Source: an uncultured virus (IMG/VR IMGVR_UViG_3300023179_000081) (Duplodnaviria > Heunggongvirae > Uroviricota > Caudoviricetes). Taken from it: a stretch of DNA of 64,000 nt. Shown here piece after piece: positions 1-10,191 of this stretch. The stretch lies in IMG/VR virus record IMGVR_UViG_3300023179_000081. One strand, written 5' to 3'. The position numbers and the translations under genes are program-made. Numbering within the stretch: position 1 is the stretch's first letter; each line of letters begins with the position of its first letter. The notes beneath the pieces were generated by a model, which worked only from the letters and a program-made list of their open reading frames with translations, searched no databases and was not told the origin of the DNA.

Positions 1-317
1 ACAGATTTATCTATTTTGTCAAAGCTATATTTTTTGCCATCTTTATCAATAGCTAGATAGGCGTTCCGCGTGCCTTTAATTCTTGCCACCTTCACGCCAT
101 CACTGAATTCAATTGTAACTCTGCAATCTTTGGCACCATTGTGTATTATGGTGTTGTTCCTTGGATAATTGTGAAGAACAAATGATATTGCACGCAATAT
201 AGCAGATTTGCCTGAATCTGAAGAGCCAAGAATTATATTTAGCCCAGGCGTGAAATGAATTGTTTCTTTTTTATAGCTTTGAAAATTTTCCAAAGTTATT
301 GTCTTAATGTATCTCAT
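1..317 (-). CDS. SbcC/Rad50/gp46-like SMC-type ATPase, N-terminal part (runs off window start; not in ORF track)
   Basis: Manual translation from ATG at 317: MRYIKTITLENFQSYKKETIHFTPGLNIILGSSDSGKSAILRAISFVL. This has the typical NFQS start and a Walker A motif (GxxxxGKS). ATGA overlap with the upstream ORF. Confidence 0.85.
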   Translation of the reverse strand, partial: MRYIKTITLENFQSYKKETIHFTPGLNIILGSSDSGKSAILRAISFVLHNYPRNNTIIHNGAKDCRVTIEFSDGVKVARIKGTRNAYLAIDKDGKKYSFDKIDKS

Positions 318-775
318 GATATTAGATTAGTTAAAAAGTTATCCTGAAAATGGTAACGAAAGTCACCATCGTTATTGAACTCAATTCCAGTAATTTCTGC
401 ATTAATTGGCGTCCACGCTAAACTATACGAATTGCAGAAACAATCTGACTCTGTGTATTTTGATATTCTTTTGCATATAAGACATTTCCACATAGAATAG
501 TTCATTTTTACGGCTGCATATTCGAATTCAATAGGAGAATTAGAAGAAATTACAATTTTTTTTGAATTACGATAATATCTGAAAGCGTAGTTTTCAATTG
601 GATTTACATGCATTTCCTGAAATTGTGATTCATCAATCACTAAGCCGCCGATGTTAATTGCGCCTATAACAAGCACAACACACATGAAGCCGGAACTTGA
701 ATGAACGATTTTATTTGGTATTGATTCAGCCATAAGTTTAAAGAAGGACGCGGTCATTGTAAATATTAAATACAA
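314..775 (-). CDS. hypothetical protein with CxxC/CxC (possible Zn-binding)
   Basis: ORF track; WKCLICK...CFCNS; stop overlaps the ATPase start. Confidence 0.6.
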   Translation of the reverse strand: MYLIFTMTASFFKLMAESIPNKIVHSSSGFMCVVLVIGAINIGGLVIDESQFQEMHVNPIENYAFRYYRNSKKIVISSNSPIEFEYAAVKMNYSMWKCLICKRISKYTESDCFCNSYSLAWTPINAEITGIEFNNDGDFRYHFQDNFLTNLIS

Positions 776-954
776 AACATGCCTTACGTAAAAATTGATC
801 GCGACACGATCCTCGATAAGATATACGCATGTAGAGGAAAAATAGATTTTACCAATGATGAGGCACTGAAATTAATCAGTGAAATCGTGGACTATGTTAT
901 TCACTCCCCTCTAACAGAAACTCAGGCAACTCTTCCTAAAATTAAAATATCTCG

Positions 955-1233
955 ATGAAGCACCTAGCAAACAAACTAGACGATTTAGGATTTTATAATG
1001 AAGCCGACGAGATCGACAAAATAATTTTCGCCAACAATAATTTTATGTTAACAAAGAGACGAAAATCTCCGATTAAAGACTTAGTCTCAAGGTTTGAACA
1101 GCTATCCGGCCAATTAAAAACTTTCATGGATAACAGCAACGACTCCAGCGGCAGCGATCAGCAAGAAAATGACATTACCGTCAACGAAAAAGAAATTGAT
1201 GGATCACAACAACTAGATTTTAGGATAAATTAA
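955..1233 (+). CDS. hypothetical protein with LANKLDDLGFYNEADEID motif
   Basis: ORF track; motif resembles the C-termini of the 12310-15122 paralogues. Confidence 0.65.
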   Translation: MKHLANKLDDLGFYNEADEIDKIIFANNNFMLTKRRKSPIKDLVSRFEQLSGQLKTFMDNSNDSSGSDQQENDITVNEKEIDGSQQLDFRIN

Positions 1234-1234
1234 T

Positions 1235-1468
1235 ATGACACCAGCAAGATTAAAAGAGATTAAGAAAAAATTTGATGCAGGCGATGGAGAATTGAAAGAG
1301 TTAAATGAGGTGTTATCGGACCTATTTTTGTCTAGCTCAGAGCATCTGAAGGAAATTAAAACAAAATTATCTGAGATTCAGAAAAACCAAGAAGCTCTGG
1401 GCCTGGAAATGCAGGCCCTTAAAAGTTCTATGAATCCAATCTACACCATCATTCAGACAGAAGACTGA
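1235..1468 (+). CDS. hypothetical coiled-coil protein
   Basis: ORF starts 1 nt after the previous stop; heptad-like sequence. Confidence 0.6.
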   Translation: MTPARLKEIKKKFDAGDGELKELNEVLSDLFLSSSEHLKEIKTKLSEIQKNQEALGLEMQALKSSMNPIYTIIQTED

Positions 1469-2145
1469 GCGTACACTACTCTGAAAGATTTGCCGTTGGT
1501 TAAATCCGTCCATACGTTGTGAGAAACTCGATACAGCTCTGACGTTCCAGTATATGGGCTTGTTAAATTTTCTGTTTGCGGATCAAAACGAACAACAGGC
1601 AGGAAATTTTCTCTGTCTATTTCGATCTCTTCCGCGCTCAAAACGCTTTCTTTACCATCTACGGCTCCAATTACTTTAAGACCTTGCAGCGTTAGAAATT
1701 CGTAGTCCATATCTTCGGCAATTTGTTCAGTTTCGCTTATTTTAAGGAGTCTTTGCAACTTAGTAGCAAGGTCTTCTTCAACTAACAAAGAATCATCGAT
1801 TTTTTCGATTCCTCTGGTTGCGGTTCTTGGTTTAGCTACAGAGTTTGATGAGGATTCCAGACATAGCTTGAGATTATCCACATTATTCAATTCAAGATTT
1901 TGCGCGATCATTTTTTCGACAGCGTTGCAGAATGAAACCCAGCCAATCGTGCTTGTTTCAAAATTTTCGCCGTGAGTCGGGACTAAATCAACGTTATCGA
2001 TCTTATCCAAGAGTTCGTTGATGGCATTCCAATTAAGATTGGCAGTGTCTAAGCCGAGATTATTTGCAGGATTTTTTAACAATCTTTCTTTGATTTTTTT
2101 TTTGATGTAGAGTTTTTTTTCAAACATATATCCATTGTACGGCAA
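1453..2145 (-). CDS. hypothetical protein
   Basis: 230-aa ORF; start uncertain. Confidence 0.65.
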   Translation of the reverse strand: MPYNGYMFEKKLYIKKKIKERLLKNPANNLGLDTANLNWNAINELLDKIDNVDLVPTHGENFETSTIGWVSFCNAVEKMIAQNLELNNVDNLKLCLESSSNSVAKPRTATRGIEKIDDSLLVEEDLATKLQRLLKISETEQIAEDMDYEFLTLQGLKVIGAVDGKESVLSAEEIEIDRENFLPVVRFDPQTENLTSPYTGTSELYRVSHNVWTDLTNGKSFRVVYAQSSV

Positions 2146-2184
2146 AATAAAGGGCCTGAAGACCTGAAATTAGAAAAAAATATT

Positions 2185-3042
2185 ATGCCAATAATGCCTT
2201 CGTCTTACTACGCGAATCTTTATTCGGTTAATTTCTTAGGCAGAACTCTTGTCGCGAAAAGTTATGATGTCATGCAAGACACCGGAGCTGAAAAAAAAAC
2301 TTTTGTTCAGGGGTCCGGCGCGAAATTAGTTCAAGACATGAAGCCAATCACTTACACTCAAACTTTCGTATTCCCTGTGCTTCTTGGTGTCAACAATAAC
2401 AGCAATAACGCCAATATTGTCAACTCAGTGTACTCACTAGTTATGCCATATTTGAACGGTCAAATTAATGCTTTAAACGGCGGTGGAACTTACAACCAAA
2501 ATTATTTTATTGAAAAATATTCACTGAATGCTTCCGAAGCTGATTTAACAGAAACAGTCGTGGTCAAATTTTCCACAGACAGCCCTCTTCCAGGTGGAAT
2601 CATTGGTCCGGCTACTCCAGCTTTATACGAACCAACTAGAGTAGCAAAAAATTATGATGTATCATTGGCAATGTCTCCATTTAGCCCAGCGTTTGTTGAA
2701 GGTGCAGAGTTCTCAATTGAATTTGAAAACTCTGTTCATTATTTTGTTAATAATTCTGGATTTGCTACTTTTTTGATTAAAAGTTATAACGTGGATCAAA
2801 AATTCTCTATTGTCGGTGGTGAATCATACGTGCAAAATATTTTTAATGTGACTGCTGGTAATTTTCAAACAATCACACCTCAAATTGCTCTTGCCATTCG
2901 CAATAGAGTGTTTTATTCTTATAGTTTACCGTTAGTTGTAAAATCAAGAAGTAACAAATATAACAGTGGCGATCTTATCAAAGTAGATTTAGGTCTTTCC
3001 ATATATGGTGCGACAGTTTCTTCACCGTTTGCATTTAACTAA
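2185..3042 (+). CDS. hypothetical protein, possibly virion structural (beta-rich, tail-tube-like composition)
   Basis: 285-aa ORF rich in S/T/N/V/F; the functional guess rests on composition only. Confidence 0.5.
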   Translation: MPIMPSSYYANLYSVNFLGRTLVAKSYDVMQDTGAEKKTFVQGSGAKLVQDMKPITYTQTFVFPVLLGVNNNSNNANIVNSVYSLVMPYLNGQINALNGGGTYNQNYFIEKYSLNASEADLTETVVVKFSTDSPLPGGIIGPATPALYEPTRVAKNYDVSLAMSPFSPAFVEGAEFSIEFENSVHYFVNNSGFATFLIKSYNVDQKFSIVGGESYVQNIFNVTAGNFQTITPQIALAIRNRVFYSYSLPLVVKSRSNKYNSGDLIKVDLGLSIYGATVSSPFAFN

Positions 3043-3046
3043 TATC

Positions 3047-3610
3047 ATGGAACAACCAAAAGACATTTCAATCACTGAGAAAGAATTAAATTACAAAGAC
3101 GGCACACTACTATACTCTTTAGTTGTCCCATCTTCACCGGCTACTAAAAAAAATAGCAGCAGAATAGTAAAAATCAAAGGTTTTTATAAGATTATTCCAA
3201 GTAAAAGATTCATAGAATATCAAAAGTTTTGCGAGCCATATTTCACATCACTTCGGAAAAAGGATGGATTGCCACCAATGGATTTTGGTGTCTCAATTAA
3301 AATACGAGTTGCGACTGAAAAATGGATTGTTCCAGACTACACAAATATTTGTCAGGCGCTAGGCGATATCTTGCAGCACTACGGTGTCATTTCTAATGAC
3401 CAGTGGATTCACTGGACAGATGGCGAAGTTACTGATAATATTCCGAAACAACATTGGTTTATTGGAGTTGATAAAAATCAACCAAGAATGGAGATCGAAA
3501 TCAGAAGATTCAGGCACCCATTGGAATTTAGAGATAAATTCATAGAAAAATACAGCGAAATGCCTAGTGAACCGCCAGAAAAGCCTAAGCGAACTCGTAA
3601 AACAAAATGA
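3047..3610 (+). CDS. RusA-like Holliday junction resolvase
   Basis: PDYTNICQALGDILQHYGVISNDQWI...DKNQPRMEIEI resembles the RusA pattern PDxDN..K...DAL...DD...PR.EI, with some catalytic positions divergent. Start moved to ATG 3047. Confidence 0.65.
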   Translation: MEQPKDISITEKELNYKDGTLLYSLVVPSSPATKKNSSRIVKIKGFYKIIPSKRFIEYQKFCEPYFTSLRKKDGLPPMDFGVSIKIRVATEKWIVPDYTNICQALGDILQHYGVISNDQWIHWTDGEVTDNIPKQHWFIGVDKNQPRMEIEIRRFRHPLEFRDKFIEKYSEMPSEPPEKPKRTRKTK

Positions 3611-4308
3611 TGAAAGAAATATGGATTTCACCTAGCGACCTTTCTTATTTTTGGTCTGATTCAAAAGTTGGGTTTTATGATAAATACGTTTTGGAAATAT
3701 ACAGACCCAAAGCTCCTTTCCCTTCTGTTTTTAATACGATTGATTCAAAAATGAAAGATGAGTTTAACGACAAATCAATCTTAGACATCGTAGTAAATGC
3801 GCCGTCAGGCAAACTTATCCATAACGACTTAAACGTCAAAAGTAAACTTATTACCCTTGGTGATTTTAAAATCGGGTTTAAAGGTATGATCGACTGTCTT
3901 TTAGAGCACGCTGATGGTTCCTATTCTGTTATTGATTATAAAACAACGCATGTATCAAACAAGCTAGACGAAATCTATTTTCTTCAGCTTATGGCTTATG
4001 CTTACAGCCTTGAAAATCCAGAGTATGGAACTCCGAAAAAAATCAACAATATTGGCCTAATAGTGTTTGAGCCGCAAACATTCACATCAAAATTGGGAGA
4101 GGGCAGCCTCGGCGGATCACTGACCTACGTCGAAATCCCATTTAATAAAGAAAAATTCAAAAATTGGCTTAAAAAAGATTTACATCCTCTTATCCACAAT
4201 GATCGCGAAAATATTTTTGTATCTTCAAACGATAAATCTTGGATCAGATATGTAAACAGTTTTTATCTTGAAGAAGACGATAGTAATTCAGCCGAAAATG
4301 TAGCGTAG
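3607..4308 (+). CDS. PD-(D/E)XK (RecB/Cas4-like) nuclease
   Basis: ISPS start; KGMIDCL...VIDYKTT...QLMAYAY motifs. Confidence 0.8.
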   Translation: MMKEIWISPSDLSYFWSDSKVGFYDKYVLEIYRPKAPFPSVFNTIDSKMKDEFNDKSILDIVVNAPSGKLIHNDLNVKSKLITLGDFKIGFKGMIDCLLEHADGSYSVIDYKTTHVSNKLDEIYFLQLMAYAYSLENPEYGTPKKINNIGLIVFEPQTFTSKLGEGSLGGSLTYVEIPFNKEKFKNWLKKDLHPLIHNDRENIFVSSNDKSWIRYVNSFYLEEDDSNSAENVA

Positions 4309-4375
4309 GTGCTTGCTGGTTAATTACTTAACTATCTTTCTTGTCAGTCGCTTTGCTGTACAAGAAAGATATAAT

Positions 4376-4792
4376 ATGAAACCAGCACTATTTAATGAAA
4401 AAAATGAGCAATCTTCCGGCGGTTTACCTAGTTTATTGGGTTCCTATTCTAATCAAATAAGAAAACTCTACGTAAATTTACTTAAGGAATCGGGCGTAAA
4501 AAATCTAGACGAAAAAATTACTGTCAGCACGAAATTTCCAGACGGCCACGTGATGGAGCAGAAGTACAAAGCTGGACATCATTTTATTATGTATCTGTTC
4601 GATTCGCAAGATCTTGCCGAAGATATTAAGAAGCTCGATGAACATTTCTTAGCCAATTGTCCATGTGAAGATAAGGAAGAAGTTTTAATTCACTTAAAAC
4701 ATATGCTAACTGAATGTGGTTCAGAATCAATTTCGGAAGAAGACTGGAAAGAGTGTCTCAAAGATTTTAAAACTTGTGAATATGCTTACTAA
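4376..4792 (+). CDS. hypothetical protein
   Basis: ORF track 4313..4792; ATG 4376 is the more plausible start. Confidence 0.55.
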   Translation: MKPALFNEKNEQSSGGLPSLLGSYSNQIRKLYVNLLKESGVKNLDEKITVSTKFPDGHVMEQKYKAGHHFIMYLFDSQDLAEDIKKLDEHFLANCPCEDKEEVLIHLKHMLTECGSESISEEDWKECLKDFKTCEYAY

Positions 4793-4833
4793 TTTAACAG
4801 GTTCAGCGTAAACCCATATCTAATTATATAGAC

Positions 4834-5058
4834 ATGGAAGTAAAAGAAGAACCAAAATTTAATTTTAAAGTATTAGCATTCAGAGCATGGACCGCTGCAT
4901 ACACTGTGTTTCTTGCCGCCTTTGCTCAAAGTTATTCCGTTAATCCAGACCTTAGTAAAGCTGCTATTGATGGGCTGGCAGCGGTACTGCCAGCCGTTAT
5001 CCTTGCTTTCGGCGCAGACCAGGCAGTTTATCACTACACTAAAAAAAAGCAACCCTGA
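4834..5058 (+). CDS. small two-TM membrane protein (holin-like)
   Basis: Two hydrophobic segments and a basic C-terminus (KKKQP). Confidence 0.5.
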   Translation: MEVKEEPKFNFKVLAFRAWTAAYTVFLAAFAQSYSVNPDLSKAAIDGLAAVLPAVILAFGADQAVYHYTKKKQP

Positions 5059-5096
5059 AAGGTTAGTTTTTAAATCTAACAGAAAACTAGTATCAG

Positions 5097-6089
5097 ATGG
5101 CAATATCTGATACTAGTTTTTTTAATAATTATCAGTCGAGTCTTGGCGTAATATATTCCAAGAATTTACAAACTCTACTTGATCCTTCAGATTCTTACCA
5201 GGCCTTAATCAACACAAGACAAAATCTTTTAACTGCTTTGTCTACCACTGAAGTTACAAATGGGATAATTGTTGTAAACAGCTCACTGCAAGCTGAATCA
5301 AGCATGCAGAGCTTAAATAATAACGCCATCACAGCTTTGAACTCAAGCTTGAATTCATTTTTTCAGAATCAATATGGATTTCTTCTTAGGGATTTTTTTA
5401 CTGGTCTAGGTACAAACAACAATATTCCATGGACAAACTCTTTCAAGGATTCTTGGCAAAAAACCACTTCAACAGAACTAGTTCAACAATTGGGCTTTGC
5501 AACATGGACTGGAACCAGTTTTGTTTTTTATCCGCCAATATCAAATTTAACCAACACTTACAATATTGGGTCCATATCATCGACTCTTGGAAACAATGTT
5601 ACATTTTCTTCATATAGCCTAGATGGTGATTTGTCAAATTTTGCATTGCCAGGTTATTACGTTGTTGCTTACGACGGAAGTTTCCCATCAGCCAGCGCAA
5701 TCAGTCTATCGACTTCCGTTGTTTCTCTGCTTCCAAATAACACCTTGCAATTAAATCAGCCAATTGGCTCAGCAACATCCATGATTGCATTTAGGCCTCT
5801 CCAGAACAGTGAATTTCTGGAATTCAGATGGGGCTCAAACTCTGTCACTGGAACAGCGGCCACATCCATTTCATCACCTTTGGTTATTAACGTTACGCTG
5901 CTCACCGTTTCTGGGTTAAGCACCGCTTCTGTGTCACTTACTTCAACTGTAACTAGGGCAAATATTGGGATATACAATCAATCAATTTACAAAGCCACTG
6001 GAATTGCCAGTATAGGCATATCAACCGGATCTGTAGCATCACTTGGCACTCAGGCATCACTAGAAATTTGGGTCAAATCAAACAATTAA
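5097..6089 (+). CDS. Ser/Thr-rich protein, probably virion structural
   Basis: 330-aa ORF, very high S/T/N/G content. Confidence 0.55.
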   Translation: MAISDTSFFNNYQSSLGVIYSKNLQTLLDPSDSYQALINTRQNLLTALSTTEVTNGIIVVNSSLQAESSMQSLNNNAITALNSSLNSFFQNQYGFLLRDFFTGLGTNNNIPWTNSFKDSWQKTTSTELVQQLGFATWTGTSFVFYPPISNLTNTYNIGSISSTLGNNVTFSSYSLDGDLSNFALPGYYVVAYDGSFPSASAISLSTSVVSLLPNNTLQLNQPIGSATSMIAFRPLQNSEFLEFRWGSNSVTGTAATSISSPLVINVTLLTVSGLSTASVSLTSTVTRANIGIYNQSIYKATGIASIGISTGSVASLGTQASLEIWVKSNN

Positions 6090-6101
6090 CGTATATTTAA
6101 T

Positions 6102-7115
6102 GTGCTTAAACAATGCTCACAACTATCATTCGATGACGTCTGGCTAGAGCCTCAATATTCTGAAATTACTAGCAGAGTCATCCCGGACCTATCCAGTAAT
6201 CTTTCGGACTACTGCAAACTGCGACACCCAGTGCTAGCCACCAATATGGCATCTGTCGTCGGGCCAGCCATGGCCAAAACTTTTGATACATCTGGCTCTC
6301 TGGCTTTTCACCATAGATTCCTTGATCAAGACACTCTCTGTGGCTATGCAAAAGATTTTATTGAATCTGATTCTTCTATTTTTGCATTTTCAGCCGGAAT
6401 TCAGGACACAGACCTCGAAACAGCAAAAAAAATATTCGACATTGTTGGCGAAAAAGGTGTAATTCTTATAGACATAGCTCACGCTCATACCAAAATGATG
6501 GGAGTGTTTTTAGGTAAAATTAAAGCCGTTGGCTTTAAAACACTTGTTGTCGGAAACGTTGCTACCAGTGATGGATATGAATTTCTTTCTGATCATGGTG
6601 CCGACGCCGTAAGAGTTGGAATTGCAGGCGGGAGAGTGTGCACAACCAAATATGTAACCGGCCATCATGTGCCAACACTACAATCTGTGATCGATGTTGC
6701 TATATGGCGTCAAACAAAAAAATACAAGCCTGCAATCATCGCTGATGGCGGCATTTCATGCTCAGGAGACGCCGCAAAGGCCATCGCAGCTGGTGCGGAT
6801 TTTGTTTCTGTCGGATCTATATTAGCATCTACCTCTGATTCTCCATCTGATCTACTCCAAGACCCAAGCGGTAAATTATATAAGCTGCACTACGGGATGT
6901 CAAGCCGCACCGCGCTTGATAAATTTTTTGATGGCAAAAAAACTCATGTAGCGCCTGAAGGCAAGACTGAGAAAATTCTTTATTCAGGTGAGACAGATTT
7001 TGTTTTGAACGAATTTTTGTCAGGCATCAAATCATCACTTAGCTATAGTGGTGCCAAGAATATAGCGGAATTTCAGAAGAAAGCGATTTTGAGATACGCT
7101 GTTCGCGGGAAATAA
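6102..7115 (+). CDS. GMP reductase / IMP dehydrogenase family enzyme (no CBS domains)
   Basis: LSFDDVWLEP, IDIAHAH, GNVAT, VGIAGGRVCTTK (catalytic Cys), IIADGGI, YGMSS, PEG, SYSGA motifs. Confidence 0.9.
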   Translation: MLKQCSQLSFDDVWLEPQYSEITSRVIPDLSSNLSDYCKLRHPVLATNMASVVGPAMAKTFDTSGSLAFHHRFLDQDTLCGYAKDFIESDSSIFAFSAGIQDTDLETAKKIFDIVGEKGVILIDIAHAHTKMMGVFLGKIKAVGFKTLVVGNVATSDGYEFLSDHGADAVRVGIAGGRVCTTKYVTGHHVPTLQSVIDVAIWRQTKKYKPAIIADGGISCSGDAAKAIAAGADFVSVGSILASTSDSPSDLLQDPSGKLYKLHYGMSSRTALDKFFDGKKTHVAPEGKTEKILYSGETDFVLNEFLSGIKSSLSYSGAKNIAEFQKKAILRYAVRGK

Positions 7116-7118
7116 TGT

Positions 7119-7730
7119 TCAAGAGGGCGTTGAATCGTCCTCTTTACATGTCACCAACCTAAATCTTCCTGGTATCTTTGACATTTCTTCTATATTCTTA
7201 ATAGAATCGTCAAGAAAATGAACTCTGTCAAGATTCTTCTCTTTCATGAGTTCTTCCACTTTCATTCTTTTTTTCTCAGCTGTACTATTGCCAAGTATTT
7301 GTAAATCTTTTGTGATTATGTGTGTGATAGGGAATCCACTTTCGGGTAATAAGTCTTGGCAAAATTTATCAACAGCATTCTTAATATCCAGCCTATTTTT
7401 ATGGCCACTTCTTGCGGTCACAATGTATAGATTTAGTGATTCGCTGCTTATATTGCTGTGTTTAAGAATATTTCTGAATATATGTAGATTTCTTTGCACG
7501 GGCCTTGGATTCACAACTTTTTCAAAGTTATCATAATTCAAAATTATTTGTTTTGCCAACTCTTTAGTAATGCCTTTTTCTGGCAATTCTTTATGCATCT
7601 CAAATAAAGCATATTCTCGTGAATTCAAATGAATTTCTGAGTTAGATTCTGTCACAATTTTTACGGTATTATCTGTAAAAAATAATGTGTCATCAAAATC
7701 GAATACATGTAGGTGAGATTTTTTAGCCAC
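7119..7730 (-). CDS. HAD-superfamily hydrolase
   Basis: DFDDTLF, VTAR, K and FLDDS..N motifs I-IV. Confidence 0.8.
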   Translation of the reverse strand: MAKKSHLHVFDFDDTLFFTDNTVKIVTESNSEIHLNSREYALFEMHKELPEKGITKELAKQIILNYDNFEKVVNPRPVQRNLHIFRNILKHSNISSESLNLYIVTARSGHKNRLDIKNAVDKFCQDLLPESGFPITHIITKDLQILGNSTAEKKRMKVEELMKEKNLDRVHFLDDSIKNIEEMSKIPGRFRLVTCKEDDSTPS

Positions 7731-7759
7731 ACTACATTTACGATTTTTTTAAAAATCTC

Positions 7760-8527
7760 TTGCCGAATTACCTATTCGGCGTACAATCAATATACATGCT
7801 TGATTATTGCCTATTTACATGTATTTACGCAAACGAAATTGAGACCTACAATTTTGTCGGCGGATTTTTTGAAATTCACCCGCTTGTGTCTCAGGTGATG
7901 CAAGCAAAACAAATCATGCAATGTGATGAATCGGATTTGATTTATATTCATAATGAAAGTTACAAATTTATAAACTTTTGGATTGACCACTATTTAGTTG
8001 CTGGCCAGAAATGGCTTTTTATAACAACTAGAGATAAAGATTATCAAGAAATTTTATTCAAAGATATCAGGTTTTGCGCAGAGGACGCCTTTATTATTGA
8101 TGGTTTGATCGTTCTTAAAAACATTAAAAATAGCTTCCGTGATTTCAAGCGGAAAGATTTTAACTTTCCTGTGTTAAACAGAAATATAGAAGATTTTTTT
8201 AATCTCACAATCGATAATCACGACGACTCTGTCGATATGATTGATATTAATGAGGCTGCTTATGTTGTTAAAATACTGAAGAGTAATAGTGATTTCGTAT
8301 ATTTTGGCACGAACATACAATCAATATATTCACACATCGATAAACTAAAGCAGTTACTTCATATGAATTTGAAAGTTCTAGAATGTAGAACTTTCGATAA
8401 CGAACTATTGGGTTACATTTGTGAAAAAGATTTTGTAAGCAAATTCTTGGTATTTCTAGGACACCAAAACGATGCGCTTCACCAATATTACAAACTTAAT
8501 ATTTGTAAACTTATAGTTCCAATTTGA
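7760..8527 (+). CDS. hypothetical protein
   Basis: 255-aa ORF; start uncertain. Confidence 0.6.
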   Translation: MPNYLFGVQSIYMLDYCLFTCIYANEIETYNFVGGFFEIHPLVSQVMQAKQIMQCDESDLIYIHNESYKFINFWIDHYLVAGQKWLFITTRDKDYQEILFKDIRFCAEDAFIIDGLIVLKNIKNSFRDFKRKDFNFPVLNRNIEDFFNLTIDNHDDSVDMIDINEAAYVVKILKSNSDFVYFGTNIQSIYSHIDKLKQLLHMNLKVLECRTFDNELLGYICEKDFVSKFLVFLGHQNDALHQYYKLNICKLIVPI

Positions 8528-8559
8528 TAATATTTTTGTTTTTTTTCGTACAATGAATT

Positions 8560-9093
8560 GTGCACGAGAAAATAACCGGAAATGAACCTTTTATTTGCTT
8601 AGAAGTGAGCAGACTAGAAGATTTTGAAGATCTTTCTAGAAAGTTTGACATTCTTTTCCCAAACAGGATTATACGGCTCGTTCACGAGGGTAACTATACA
8701 CCATATTTCTACTTAGGCGAACATCGGTGGGAGTTTAAGCCACCTTTGTCTTCAACAATAGATTTATCTTTTCGAATTTTGACAGATAATAATATTTTTG
8801 ATTTATTTTCTGTTGATGAAATCAATGATTTAAGTCTTTTAGTTGGCTTTGATGACCATTTGTTGTGTTACAAAGTTATAACCCATGCAATATTAAACAA
8901 CAAAGAATATGAAGGAGCTTTTCTTTCTAATGGAACATTACATTTTTTAAGCCGGAGGAAATTGCCCGACGTGGAAAGTTTTATTGAAGATTTCATTCAT
9001 TTTCTTGATGCAAAAATTGTTTTGGATTTACTAAATGAATGTGGTATAGTTGCCTTGGAAACCAAACAAAATATTCTAGGAAAAAATGATTAA
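8560..9093 (+). CDS. hypothetical protein
   Basis: 177-aa ORF; TACAAT lies 5 nt before the GTG. Confidence 0.6.
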   Translation: MHEKITGNEPFICLEVSRLEDFEDLSRKFDILFPNRIIRLVHEGNYTPYFYLGEHRWEFKPPLSSTIDLSFRILTDNNIFDLFSVDEINDLSLLVGFDDHLLCYKVITHAILNNKEYEGAFLSNGTLHFLSRRKLPDVESFIEDFIHFLDAKIVLDLLNECGIVALETKQNILGKND

Positions 9094-9265
9094 AGTAACC
9101 CTAAAAAACAATGAATCCTTCGACTCACTGTTGCGCAGGTTTTCTGCAGCTGTATCAGCTGATGGGATCCTCAAAGAAGTAAAAGAGCGCAGTAGATATG
9201 AAAAGCCTTCTGTTAAAAAAAGAAGACTAAGAGAACAAAGAAAAAGAGAACTCGCTGTAAAATAA
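9086..9265 (+). CDS. rpsU: 30S ribosomal protein bS21 (59 aa, absent from ORF track)
   Basis: Manual translation: MIKVTLKNNESFDSLLRRFSAAVSADGILKEVKERSRYEKPSVKKRRLREQRKRELAVK. Matches the S21 signature (ES.D..LRRF....GIL.E...R..YEKPS). Confidence 0.92.
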   Translation: MIKVTLKNNESFDSLLRRFSAAVSADGILKEVKERSRYEKPSVKKRRLREQRKRELAVK

Positions 9266-9269
9266 AACT

Positions 9270-10073
9270 ATGAAATTTAAATCTGACAGTTTACCGCAAA
9301 ACGAAGTCCCCGCCCAAGCCGTTATCGGTGGTTTAGGGGAACAAGTCAATCAGCCGACACCGCCAAGGCCACACGTTAACGTTGTATTTTGTATTCCTGG
9401 AAGAGAATTTACATCAAACTTCTTACAGTGCTGGACAAATCTCGTAAACACACTACACCAGAACAATATTTCATATGCTCTTTCTAACGCATATAGTCCA
9501 GTTGTTTACTACGCTAGATCAGCTTGTCTTCGCGGACATGTGCTGAAAGGCCGGAACCAAAAGCCATTCCAAGGAGAAATTACATATGATTACATCATGT
9601 GGATTGACTCGGATATTGTTTTCAAACCAGAAGATTTCTACGCTCTTCTTAAAAGAATGGAAGAGAATAAACATCTTCAACTTTTGTCTGGACTGTATTT
9701 AATGGCAGACGGATATCACACTACTTGCGTTGATAAGTGGGATGAGGATTACTTCCAGCAAAACGGAAGCTTCCAATTCTTAACAAAGCAAGATGTGGAC
9801 AAAAAGAAGACTGAGTTGGAGACTAAAGCAAATGGAGGCATTTTTGAAAGTGTCTACATTGGCTTTGGTTGGCTGATGGTCCGATACGGAGTTCACGAAT
9901 CATTTGAATATCCGTTCTTTAAGCCTCAATTCCACGAACTCAAAGGCGGAGAAATCTATGACTTTTCGAGCGAAGACGCCTCATTCTTCCTTGAACTTCG
10001 AGACAAGGGCACGAAGTGCTTTGTCGATCCAAACATCTTGGTTGGTCATGAAAAAATGACCGTACTTCGGTGA
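9270..10073 (+). CDS. GT-A fold glycosyltransferase-like protein
   Basis: WIDSDIVF (DxD), GFGW, SEDASF and VGHEK motifs. Confidence 0.8.
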   Translation: MKFKSDSLPQNEVPAQAVIGGLGEQVNQPTPPRPHVNVVFCIPGREFTSNFLQCWTNLVNTLHQNNISYALSNAYSPVVYYARSACLRGHVLKGRNQKPFQGEITYDYIMWIDSDIVFKPEDFYALLKRMEENKHLQLLSGLYLMADGYHTTCVDKWDEDYFQQNGSFQFLTKQDVDKKKTELETKANGGIFESVYIGFGWLMVRYGVHESFEYPFFKPQFHELKGGEIYDFSSEDASFFLELRDKGTKCFVDPNILVGHEKMTVLR

Positions 10074-10079
10074 TTCTCT

Positions 10080-10141
10080 AAGCTTGGCACAATAGAGCAA
10101 AAATTATTTTTTTTTAATTTTATCACAATTGTGCCAAGCTT
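10080..10141. terminator. 14-bp inverted repeat between convergent genes
   Basis: aagcttggcacaat ... attgtgccaagctt with an AT-rich loop. Confidence 0.45.
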
Positions 10142-10191
10142 AAAAACACAAAACACAATCGTTAACATAACCAATTAAACTGGGCTAAAAA

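Noticed and set aside
3607..4308. Cas4 / CRISPR adaptation gene
   Set aside because: It lacks the four-Cys Fe-S pattern and cas neighbours; a generic phage PD-(D/E)XK nuclease.
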